Below the pieces are notes generated by a model. The model was not told the DNA's origin and searched no databases. It saw only the letters and a program-made list of their open reading frames with translations. A stretch of DNA of 64,000 nt from Vulcanimicrobiota bacterium (lineage in GTDB: Bacteria > Vulcanimicrobiota > Vulcanimicrobiia > Vulcanimicrobiales > Vulcanimicrobiaceae), in the NCBI GenBank assembly GCA_963714015.1, contig OY970223.1:384001-448000 (forward strand), written 5' to 3'. A program made the position numbers and the translations under genes. This document shows positions 20,646 through 30,778 of this stretch, one piece after another (positions within the stretch are counted from its first letter, which is position 1; each line of letters starts with the position of its first letter).

Positions 20646-22894
20646 CGCACCGTCCCCCGGCCGCTGCGAATTTCGTAACGGATCGACCACGTGCGCGCAA
20701 TCGGGACTCCGAGGAATTGAACGGATCCGCTCGTCGTGGGGGAAGCGGCAGCGAACGCCGGAGACGTAAACCTTCCGGCATCCTCGTTGAACAAGTTTTG
20801 CACCGAAAACACGATCGCTCCGTTATTGACGTTGAAACGAATGCCGGCCGAAGTACTACTGTACGCCGGCAAGTGCGCTGCGTTATTTGCGTCGACGAAA
20901 GCCGTTCCTACTCCAACGGTTACCGCCGGAGTGTGGTATGAGAATATCGCGCTCGCGCGATGCAGCGGCACGTTCCAGATTTGCGAGCCTGGGATCAGCG
21001 TTGAATTCTCGCCCGCAGGGAGCGCCGGCACGCCGGCAGCCGTCGCCGCATACGTCTCATAAGCCACGGCAAGATTGAAATTAGCGCCTAACGGCGAGTT
21101 GACGGAGGCGTACCATTCCTTGTCGACGCGCAGCGGCACGGTTACGTAGTGCATGAGATACAAATCGCTTGCGGTCAGCGGGCCACCGCCGCACAAGTAA
21201 GCGTATTGCTCGTTGAGTGCTTGCAAATAGCCGGACGGCAATGCGGCGCCCCCGGCCTGGGCGGCGACAACTAGCGCATCCTTCGTCGCGTCGTAAAATC
21301 CGCCGAGCGTGACGTTCGCCCTTCGCAGGCGTCGCGTTATCGCAGCCGTGACTCCCGCGCTGTGCGGGGGGTCGGGCGTGACCTGGCTCGGGCCGGAGGC
21401 GTAAGCGGCGTGCGAGCTGCAGTCGAAATCGGCAGCTCCGGGCACGGCAAGGCGGAGCGCCTGCGCGTAATACGTTTCGATGGTCTGTGTTTGCGCGGTA
21501 TATGCGTCCCACTTTAAGCGCGTAGCGTTACTCCAAGCCGAACCTTCGATGGATGCATTGACGTGCGCAGCCGCGAATGCTCCGGTTCTCGCGCCGAACT
21601 GACCGTCCCGGTGACCGACGACGAACGGCCGGTGCGATTGTAACTCATTGAGGCCGTCGTTCCGGAGCTTTTCGAGACCGTTTCAAACGGCTGTGCGTAC
21701 GCATCGGCTATCGTTTCGGTGTTGCTGAGCGAGAGCGTTGCGCTGTTTTGCCCGAAGCGCCGCGTAAAATTCAACATGTCGTAGCGTCCAGAGTATCCGA
21801 ACCCGGTGTAGTCGGAATCGGCGTTCCTTCCGCCAGCGCATCGATGTCGTCATCGTCCGCCGAACCGGCATACGCGACGTGCAGCGCAGTCCAATCGTCA
21901 CGTCCGCGCGTTTGCGCCGCGCGAATATAGCCGTCAAGCATTCGCGTCCGCTCGGTGTTGCCCGGGCCCGAACCTTCCGCAATCCCGCCGGGATCGACCA
22001 GCGAGAGTTGTGCGTTACGCCGGTCACTGCCCAGTGCCACTGCACTCACGCGAGCGCCGCCCAACCGGAATTCCACGTCCGCAGAGGCGGCCAGCTCGTG
22101 TTCGTTCGCCGAATGATCGTAGGCCGCTCCGCTTTGATCGAAAAACGTTTGGCCCGCAAGGGCGCCTTCGCCCAAGCGATCGGAGAGCACGAAGGCATAG
22201 TTCGGCCCCGTCAGCGTTCCTTTCAGCGCTTCATCGCCTTGCGATCCGCTCAGGATCGAGAGCTGCTGCTGCGGCGTGCCCGTCGGGCTTTGAAGATGAA
22301 GGTTCGGCGTAATCGAGCCGTCATCGGCTTGATCCGGAGTGAACGATTCGACGAGATCGCTTGGAACCGTAAAACGCGATTCCTGGCCTGTAGGGAGCGT
22401 GAGCGGCGTGCCGTTCAGTTCCAACGGTCCGGATCCGCCTTCGGATGCAGAGCGGTAATTCGGCACGAAATTCAGCGAATCGGTCACGCTGCCGCTGATG
22501 ATTGCGGCGACGCTCGCGGTGTTCGTCTGCAGCGCCCGAGCGGGAGCTTGGCGACGACCGAATCAATCGTTCGCAGCCCGAACGTCAAATCGAGCGTCGG
22601 ACTGTCGGCGACTTGTACCGGCGATGCGCCGTCTTTGCGCCGTGCAAAGATCGGAGTGCCTGCGACGGTTTCGACAGTCGCCCGCCCGTCGGATCCCGTG
22701 ACGCCGATATATCGCTCGGCGTCGCGGTCCTTCGCGTAAATCGACGCCGCGGAAACGGGGTGGCCCGTCGCGTCGCGCACGAAGACTTGCACCGTCATCA
22801 GTTGCGGACTTTGAACCTGGCCTGCCGATGCGGTCCCGGCAAGAGAAGCTGCGAGAGCAACGGCGCTCAGCACGTAACAAAGAAGCCTAGCCAT
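20642..22894 (-). CDS. TonB-dependent receptor-like outer-membrane protein, several frameshifts
   Basis: Signal peptide + VRDATGHPVSAASI (carboxypeptidase-regulatory-like N-domain), plug-like segment, beta-rich body, NVPLHRAS, FVDANNAAHLPAY, SVQNLFN near the C-terminus. Confidence 0.65.
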
Positions 22895-23631
22895 AGCAAG
22901 CGTTTTCGTTACGGCGATATCCCCAAATAGCCAGTGCACCGAAGAGCGTTGCGTAAATCGCCAACGTCACGAATGCCGTCACGGTCGAGGGGTCTCCGCC
23001 AACGGCCGACCACACCAGCTCGCCGTATTGACGGGTCGGGCTGAACGGTGAAATCGCAGCGACTACCGGCGGCAGAAACTGCGGCGGAAGCCACAGCCCG
23101 CCGATGAACGCAAGCGGCAAGTAGGTGAGATCGGTAATGGGCACCGACGTCTTCGGGCTGGTCCAGTAGCCGATTGAAAGGCCCATGACGCCGAAAACGC
23201 CTCCGCCAATCAGTAGTGCAACGGCAAACCGGAGCCAAGCGACGGCGGATAACGTAACGTGTCCGAGCAGAATCGCGCAAGCAATGACCAGCGCCGCCGT
23301 CGCGGTCGCGAAGATCAATGCGCAGACGAGGCGCGATGCGACACGCACGCCGGCGCCCAGCGGCAGCGTCCGAAGATATGAATCCAGACGGACGCGCGAT
23401 CGTGCGCGATTCCGACGCCGAATTGAAAGAGCGCAACGCCGATTACCGCGAACACAGCGTACGATGCCAGCGCGTAACGAGCAGATCCGCGTTCTTCGAG
23501 TACGCCAATCCGAAGAATACGTAAAGCATCGTCGGAAGGGCAAGCGACGGAACGGAGTACGCCGGCACCCGCAGCAGTTCCAAAGTAGAAAATCGTGTAT
23601 CGAGCCAAAAGTTTCTGAGCGTCTCACTCAT
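22887..23631 (-). CDS. ABC-2 type exporter permease, frameshifted
   Basis: LLRVPAYSVPSLALPTMLYVFFG, FQFGVGIA, YLRTLP, YLPLAFIGGLWLP..FLP.VVAAISPFSPT. Confidence 0.85.
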
Positions 23632-24478
23632 GATGCCCTCCAACCATTCTCAAGAAGACGTCCTCGAGCGAAGGCGCGGCGATTTCGAGATCGCGATAAG
23701 GGATATTTCTCTAGAACAATTCGCGCACGACCGCGTCGGGGTCGGAAGTAACGATGCTGTACCGGTTTCCGGCGATCGTCGCATTGGCGATTGGCGCCGG
23801 AACGGTATCGCTGGTGAAGGAAACTTTGCGAGCGCCGGACTGCGCGGATCGCGGCGATCGGCGCGTCGTCAAGACGCGTCCACAGGACATGACTATCGCG
23901 CGCGAAGCCAACGCTTCGGCTTCCTGCAGGTAATGCGTCGTGAGCAGAACGGTTGTTCGGCTTGCGACGATTCGGAAATCGCATGCCACACGCGCGCGTC
24001 TTCTACGTCGAACTGGTTGTGGGCCGTCCAAGACGACGAGCTGCGTTTCCGGTAATGCGAGCGCCGAACTGAGCGCCGCTGCTCGCGCCGCTTAGGCCGC
24101 AACTTGGCGGCGCGCGAGTTTCGAAAGACGAAACGCTCGAGCAGCGCGCCGAGCGGCACAGGATTCCGCGCAGCGTCCAAACGTAGCCGGCGACTCGCAG
24201 ACGTCATGGCGGCCGGCAGTCGTTGTTTTGCTGCGTAACCGATCAGACGCCGCGTGCGCATGGAAAGAGGCCGCTCTCCAAAGACGCGCACGTACCGCCG
24301 TCGAACGCCAGCTCCAGCACGCTGATCGTCGTTGTCTTACCGGCGCCGTTAGGTCCAGAAGCGCTACGCGTCTCCTGCTTTAATGTCGAACGAGACGTCC
24401 TTTACGGCGGCGGCTCCGCCGTAGGATTTGTGCAAATTGCGCACGGCGATGACTGTTTCAGTTTTGAGCGATATACAC
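23628..24478 (-). CDS. ABC exporter ATP-binding subunit, heavily frameshifted
   Basis: GPNGAGKTT readable near 24325-24357; TVLLTTHYLQEAEALASR; SLEDVFLR at the end. Confidence 0.8.
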
Positions 24479-24531
24479 GGGATAGGTCCCCTTTCAGATT
24501 TAGGCGCGCGCTTTGCGCAAGCACGATCTCG

Positions 24532-24998
24532 TTATAGGTGACGTGCGCGACGATCGCCGCGCCCACCGAACGGTGAGCAGCGCAGCAGACGAAGACTAAG
24601 CCGTCGCCGGATGGTGCGACGCGCGCGGATTGACGACGCGTGCATCACGCAAATCCGGCGGTCGTCAGCAGCAGGGCAGCTGCGGACATGGCCGCGCAGT
24701 TCACGCCAGCCTCTCCAGATGATCTCTTCGGACGCCGCAACGACCGCAAGCGCCGTTCCGGTCAAGGCAAACTTTCGAAGCGTTGCGGCGTCCGCAAAGT
24801 ATGGAGGCTTCGGAAGCCGCCGAACAACACGGCGTAGAGCGCCGCGCCCATCAGAGCGCCGAGCAACAGCAGCGGCAGATCCGAAGACATCCGTGCGGTT
24901 ACGCTTGCGTCGATCGCCAAAATTGCGGCGGCGACGATCGCCTGCAGCACGAATCCGGCAAGTACGACGTTGCTCGTTGCGGCAGCATTACCGAACAC
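24532..24998 (-). CDS. CPBP/CAAX (Abi) intramembrane protease, frameshifted
   Basis: Hydrophobic ORF pieces with AASEEIIWRG (EExxxR motif). Confidence 0.6.
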
Positions 24999-25803
24999 AT
25001 GCTACGCTGTAGATGATGCCTTCGTTGACGCGTCGTTGTTGAGCATCGCGTCGATGTCTTTTTCGTAAAAACGCCGAGCGGAAGCGCGCCAAGCCCAGCG
25101 ATATCGCAGTCAGCAGAGCGTTTTGCGCAACATGGCCGGCCTCGAGGATCGTAAACGGTACGCGCGCAGGCGGTATTTGAGCGGCAGCGCCAAAACGCCG
25201 CACTTATCAGCAGAGTGATGGACGAGGTGTCAACGGCCTCCGGATAGATGCACGCTTCGGCCAGCTTGCGTAGGCGATCTCGGAGATTCGCACGAGACGG
25301 TGATCGGGCGAATCGTAGAAGTAATGCCGCACGGCAGGCCGTCGACGCGATGCACCGCGACGTAGTTGTCCAGCGGGAACAGCCGCCGCCGGAAGGCGCC
25401 GTGCGGAGAAGCTGCTGGCCGCACCGTTCTTGAGTTTGACGCGCTTGGTCACGCCGTAGGCCGAGACAAGATCGTCGCAACTTGCACGAGCGTTATCGGC
25501 TTGGAGAGAATGATTGACTTGACCTGCGCCGCTGCAAGAGGTCGCCGAGCGTCGTGTCCCCGATTCGGGCGCCGGCAGATCCACGGAGGAAGATGCCGGA
25601 TTCGCTTCGAGGACCGCAGGGTGCTAATCAGCGCGTTCGGATTGGTCTGGATCAAGTATGCATTGGTTTGACGCAACGCGCGCGAACGGTAGAGGCTGGA
25701 GGCCTCGTGATAGCACTCGGCCGGATCGTCAAACAGTCTTCTGCGCGACGTCTTCACTGCCGTAAACCAGTTCGAGTGCGTTGATCGTTCTGTATTTCGT
25801 CAT
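24990..25803 (-). CDS. SagB/ThcOx-type azoline dehydrogenase (nitroreductase fold), heavily frameshifted
   Basis: DDPAECYHEASS, LRTAPSGG..FPLDNY, LEAGHVAQNALLTAISLGL; directly downstream of YcaO. Confidence 0.8.
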
Positions 25804-25815
25804 TTTCTCTGCCTA

Positions 25816-27155
25816 TTAAGGAAAGGGATGCGGAAAATGGTTGATCTCGTGGGGGTCGAGCCGCCGTCCCAGTAAACCTTCGGACACGCCGCCGGTGTAG
25901 ATGCGATCGATTCCAAGGAAACGGTGGGCGTGCTCGGAGTCTATCTGGCACAGCTCAGGACAGAACGCTCGCACAACGCGCAGACCGAGTTGCCGCAAGT
26001 CGGGGGCGGTGACGTCTACGGCGTAGACTTCCATTCCGCGCTGTCCCAAGCGGTTTACGATCGCGTCAATCTGCTCGCACACGGAGGGCCCGCTTACCGG
26101 CGGGACTTCCCTCACGTGCCGGCTCTGCGTCGCCGAGTCCATAAACGCCGACTCTTCGCCATGCGAGCCAAAAGCGTGCAGCGCCACATGGTCTTCGAAA
26201 TCGCGGACTTGCGAAAAATCGCCGTCGGGCTCGGTCCAATCAGGATTGAGAAAGCGCATTTGCCGCGCCCAGGCATATGTCTGGAATGCTTCGCGCACCG
26301 CTTTGCCGGCAGCGTCGATCATGGTTCGCGCGCTCGCGGCGCCGGTCGCGAGTTGCACATAGCCGGTTTCGTCGCGCACGAGCGCCATCGCACTGGGCAC
26401 GTCGCAGAAAGGCGACAAGTCTACGACGGTGTAGCGCAACCCCTTGACGTTATAGTACGTATCGTGATTGAGTTCCATCTCGGCAACTCCGGTACAATCG
26501 ACGATCGGCATCGAGAGCCGCGTGTACCACATCAGCAAAAACGCGTCGCGTTCGACCAGTTCGTATAAGCCCGACAGCAGCGCCTCTTCAAACGTGGGCG
26601 CGCAGGCAACGCCGGAACTCGTGCTGTAGACTACGCGCGGCTCTTCCGGCCGGCGATGTTCGGGCAGATAGCAAAACGCCGAAGGGATCCAAACGGCCTC
26701 ACCCGATCGCAGGTTGGTTCCACGCACCCAGTGCGCCGGCGTGTCGTCGTCGAAGGCGACGAACTTGTCGGTCGTTTCGTATTGCGCTTTCGAAAAGAAG
26801 TTCAAATGCGCGGTAGGCACATGCGGGCCTTCCAGCTCGCGCGCCGTCGAAAAGTGGAGTCTTCGAGCGGAACGTACGAGAGCGAGTACCGCTCTGCCGC
26901 CTCTCCAAGCGCAGCGGCCAACGCCCGGTCGCGGTGCGGATGAATTCCGCCGCTATACAGCGGAACCGAGGCGCCGATGGTCAACTGCGAATCCGCCGCC
27001 AAGCACGTGACGTGCCACATGCGCGGATCGCTGGGCTGGGCCATCATGTGAAAGCGCAGATGCGCGATGCCGGTATACGGCGAGAGCAATTTCTTGAGGA
27101 CCGGCAGCGATTGCTCGAGCGGGGTCACGCCGCTGGGCCGCTTCAACGTATCCAT
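25816..27155 (-). CDS. YcaO cyclodehydratase (azoline-forming type), one frameshift near 26830
   Basis: ALAAALGEAAERYS, STSSGVAC, LLSGLYELVERDAF, KAVREA, VDVTAPDL..LGL.VVR, C-terminal PHPFP (PxPxP motif). Confidence 0.95.
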
Positions 27156-27157
27156 GA

Positions 27158-28104
27158 TTAGCTCTCGTACCAGGGCGACGGGGCGGCAACGTTCACGCGG
27201 CCGGAACATTCTGGACAGCGCGGTACGCGTAAGACGTCGTGCGATGAGATCCCGCGATCGCCGAGCGGCGCAAGCGAAATCAGCGTTCCGACCAGCGCTG
27301 GATCGGATGCACCGATCCAGCGCAACGCGTACGTGACGGCGAGGCCGGCAGCCATCATATCAATGGGCATGCATTGCTCGAACGCCGCCTCGGCTTCGTC
27401 GAGCTCAGATACTCCGCGGGGTACTTCACATTGGAAGCGCGCCGCAGTTGAAAGCAGGCGTAACACGCGGTTTCGCCCGGAACGAACAGCGGCCCGATTG
27501 CGGAGAACCGTCCATCGTATGGAAGAATCTGCAGCCACGGCTGCTTTTTGAGGATCGCGGCCTTGTTGATTTCCCGCAGGCGGCTCAACTCGCCCGTCGC
27601 CGGAGCGACGATTGCGAGATCGACTTCCTCGTCGTCAAAACTGGAGAAACTCGAGGTTTGCGCGCCCTCTATTCCGGAGCACAAGAGTCCCCGGAGAACC
27701 TCGCTCGCAGCATTGCTGGACCCTATGACGGAGATGCGCGCGCTTGCGAGGCGATCGCGGACGATTTCGGTCGAGCTTGCACCCCCGATCGATGAGAAGA
27801 AGACGGAAGTGCGCGTCAGCTTATCCTTTTCTGCGGGAAGCGTTCCGTCCATGAGCAGATCGTAGCGTTCCAGCAAACCGATCGCGGCATTGACGACCTG
27901 CGCATCGCTTCCGGAAATCGAAGCGATGTCTTCGACGCTGTGCCGCCCGTCCAGCACGGGCAGCAACTTTGGAAGGATCGCGCCGGCAGCGCGGCCCTTG
28001 AGGCAGATGACCGAGTCGCCGTAGTGGAAGATTACTTGGTCGTCATGCTTGTAGACGCGATACCAGGGTTTGAAGGCTTTGGTTGGCGCAATAGGATCCG
28101 TCAC
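27158..28104 (-). CDS. TOMM leader-binding / E1(ThiF)-like cyclodehydratase partner with N-terminal RRE, frameshift near 27410
   Basis: LLPVLDGRHSVEDI (RRE wHTH), PWLQI, IGPLFVPGETACYACFQLRR, VLRVPRCPECS; GAGGAG RBS before GTG 28104. Confidence 0.88.
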
Positions 28105-28152
28105 GTTATAACTCCTCGGTGAAACGGGGTATAAGAGAGCTGACACCCGGGC

Positions 28153-28201
28153 CCCGGGGGACGCGAGTTTGCCGCGATAATCGACAAACTTGTGCCCCCG
28201 G
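28153..28201 (-). terminator. stem-loop between precursor and modification genes
   Basis: Imperfect inverted repeat CCGGGGGCACAAGTTTGTCG / CGGCAAACTCGCGTCCCCCGG; no U-tract. Confidence 0.6.
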
Positions 28202-28218
28202 TTGAAGTGTGCTGCTTC

Positions 28219-28356
28219 CTAGAGAAGCGACACTTTGCAGGTTGTGGACGACGTGCACGTGCTGCTGGCAGCCAGACCCGTTGCATCTTCGTCACCGCCG
28301 ATTTCGGTTACGCTTACGTCGAGCAGTTGGTCGATGTTCTCGGTGATTTGTTCCAT
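28219..28356 (-). CDS. RiPP precursor peptide MEQITENIDQLLDVSVTEIGGDEDATGLAA-SSTCTSSTTCKVSLL (45 aa)
   Basis: AAGGAG RBS; acidic leader; Ser/Thr/Cys-rich C-terminus; sits directly upstream of the RRE/YcaO genes. Confidence 0.9.
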   Translation of the reverse strand: MEQITENIDQLLDVSVTEIGGDEDATGLAASSTCTSSTTCKVSLL

Positions 28357-28426
28357 GGTTTTCTCCTTCAGTTGTGTTGTGGGGTTTTTTACAGGCCGGA
28401 CGCTCGGAGCGCGTTGATCCTGCATC

Positions 28427-29075
28427 TTATTGCGACAATTCCCACTGGTAGTTGATGGGAATGTCGGTGTACGTGTGCACGATTTCATGCACGTCGAAAT
28501 GCGTAGCGCTAAAAGCGCCGTTGAGAAAAGCGAGTCGTCCGTTGACCTTGACGTCTTCGCCCACGGTGAATCCATGCGCGATCACGATGTTAGAGTACGT
28601 TCCCGATACCGTCAGGCTGGCGCGATCGCCGGCATTCTGCGAGACGACTTTGACCGGCACGTTTTTCCACTCGGTTTGCGAAACTTTGACCGGCACGACT
28701 GCGCTCCAGACGGCATGCGCAGGCTCTAAGGTTGGCGATATTCGTTCGCAGCACGAGCGGGATCGTGTTGTAAATCGTTACGATGTCGGACGGCGTTCCG
28801 GGCGATACGATCTCGCCGTCGGCGCTTACGGAAGCGTCGAGCGTATTGGTGGTTCCGTCCGTTCGGCGATAGGAAACCACTGCGCGATTCGAACCGGACT
28901 CGGCGACATGCAGAGGACTGGAGAGTGTCGTCGCTCCTCCGTCGGGCGAAACGTGCCCGACATAGTGGAAGTTCAGTGCGACCGAGTCGCCGGCGGCGTC
29001 TACGGGCGGACGCAGCGCTTGCGGCGCGGCGGTTCCGAGAAGAGCCGCGGCCAAAAGTACGGGAGAGATTCTCAT
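28427..29075 (-). CDS. secreted hypothetical protein (paralog 3 of triad), frameshift near 28720
   Basis: MRISPVLLAAALLG signal peptide; joins the end of ORF 28590-30053 with ORF 28427-28696. Confidence 0.6.
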
Positions 29076-29082
29076 GATGACG

Positions 29083-29771
29083 CTACTCCTGTTCCGGCGC
29101 GGTGCGCGCCATATGCCACTCCAGCGCATCGTTTGCGTCTGAGGTCCGGCGTTAACGAGTTCACTGGCGGCAAAATCGCAGCGATCGAATCCGGCCGGCG
29201 CGACGCGCAGCGCGAATTGGGCGGTGACGTCGATTGGAACGGTATATCCGGCGTAGGACGCAGTAAGCGTCTGCGAACCGGTCCCCTGAATGACCGCTCC
29301 GCCCGACCCGGCCGAGACGATCTTCAGTTGCACGGGCAGATAGCCAATCTGCCCGGAGTCACCGGTCTCGATCGGAACCTGTCCGTTCCACGTCGCACCC
29401 GGCTGCAGCAAAGGAGGCGCGCTCGCAAGCAGACCCGCAACCGTGTTGAATGAATCGATGCGGTTGCCGGCATCGCCCGAATCGATCGTCCCGTCGGCGG
29501 CGAGTTTGCCTGCCGCACTGGCGTTGTCGGTCGACGATTTTCCGGCCGTGACGATCCGAACCGAGCGCGCGTTTCCCACAGTAATCGTCGCGGTGCGATC
29601 GAAGACTACGCGCTGACCGTTCCAAAACGATCCGTCAAACTGCAGGTCGTACGAAATCGAGACTCCCGGCGAAGACGGTAAAAGTATGTGTGGGGCGCCG
29701 GCGACCGAACCTGCCGCGGTTGCGAGCAACCCGGCGAGCGTTGCGCTCGCGCCTCGCGTGAGGGCGTTCAT
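29083..29771 (-). CDS. secreted hypothetical protein (paralog 2 of triad)
   Basis: MNALTRGASATLAGLLATAAG signal peptide; ATG overlaps the upstream stop; 3' end approximate. Confidence 0.6.
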
Positions 29772-30511
29772 GAGTTCTTTCCTTTCAGATTGACTGTCCA
29801 GTGATACACGCCGCCGCCCGCCGGTACGTTGCGGCGCCCGTAGGTCTCGCGAGCGTACAAAGCCGCGTTCGTCAGCGTGCCGGCACGAAAAACCGCATTG
29901 ACGGAGACGGCGATGTCCGCAGTCAACGGGCTTCCGGCCGCCCCCGCTTGCAATCGGCGTTCGCCTTGTGCCGTAAGCGTTTGAACGTTGCCGTCCTCGC
30001 GCACGGAAACTCTGACCGGAACTGGCGCCGTCAGCGTATTGGATATCCAGCACATGGTCGTTGCGCGCCAGGTCGAACCGGCGACCGTCGAATCCGAATG
30101 CCCGAGCAGCGAGAGCAGCTCGTTGTAATCGAAGACTTGATCCGCAACACCTGAGGCGGTGTCGGGAACGACGATTCCAGCCGAGCCGAAATGCGCTTTT
30201 ATTGCGTTCGAGGTGCGGCTTTCGCGCTTCACGCCCAGATGCAGAATCTCGTCCTGCGTTACGCGGTCGTTCCGCCCGCTGACGATTACGGCGCCCTGCG
30301 CAATCTGCTTGAGATCGAGCAGGCCGAGATAGCGCTCGGAGTAACCGCCATAATCGGCTGAAAAGTCGAACACGTACGAAGCCGACGTCCCAGTGCCGCT
30401 CGGTAGAATATGCAGGCCGCTCGTTGGGAGCGCGACGGAGCCGCCGAACGTCCAGGTGAGGACGGCGATGCCGGCGATCCGGCCGAGGCGGTGGGCGCGC
30501 GAGTTTTTCAC
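29768..30511 (-). CDS. secreted hypothetical protein (paralog 1 of triad)
   Basis: GTG 30511; hydrophobic N-terminus; beta-rich body. Confidence 0.6.
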   Translation of the reverse strand: MKNSRAHRLGRIAGIAVLTWTFGGSVALPTSGLHILPSGTGTSASYVFDFSADYGGYSERYLGLLDLKQIAQGAVIVSGRNDRVTQDEILHLGVKRESRTSNAIKAHFGSAGIVVPDTASGVADQVFDYNELLSLLGHSDSTVAGSTWRATTMCWISNTLTAPVPVRVSVREDGNVQTLTAQGERRLQAGAAGSPLTADIAVSVNAVFRAGTLTNAALYARETYGRRNVPAGGGVYHWTVNLKGKNS

Positions 30512-30518
30512 AGCAAGC

Positions 30519-30653
30519 CTACGGGTTCGGCTCGACCGTGTCGAACGGCCGCAGCACATGACCGGCGTGTCCGGTGTACGGATGGACCGTGAACTGCGCT
30601 TGGGCGGCGTGCGGGTGGACCAGCAGTAAGAATAAGAACAGAAACGCTTGCAT
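30519..30653 (-). CDS. small secreted His-rich peptide MQAFLFLFLLLVHPHAAQAQFTVHPYTGHAGHVLRPFDTVEPNP (44 aa; absent from ORF track)
   Basis: AAGGAG RBS 8 nt before ATG 30653; hydrophobic stretch + AQA signal-peptidase motif; stop lies 7 nt before the next gene. Confidence 0.65.
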   Translation of the reverse strand: MQAFLFLFLLLVHPHAAQAQFTVHPYTGHAGHVLRPFDTVEPNP

Positions 30654-30778
30654 CGTCATCACTCCTTTTGTGATGCGATGATAGGAGCGGCAGACTTACT
30701 GCGTATCTAGCGAATTCTTAGGCAGAGCGCTAACTATGAAGTTAACTAGGGGCCTGACTATATGCGATTCACCACTGG

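Noticed and set aside
15767..28356. Calling the cluster a canonical thiopeptide or class I lanthipeptide
   Set aside because: No separate pyridine synthase and no LanC recognised in the window; either could lie elsewhere in the genome, so the class is left open.
28219..28575. 118-aa ORF as the precursor
   Set aside because: The upstream part overlaps the preceding gene in another frame; the RBS supports ATG 28356.
28590..30053. 487-aa ORF as a single protein
   Set aside because: It contains two internal signal peptides, each with its own start context; a read-through of separate paralogs caused by a frameshift.
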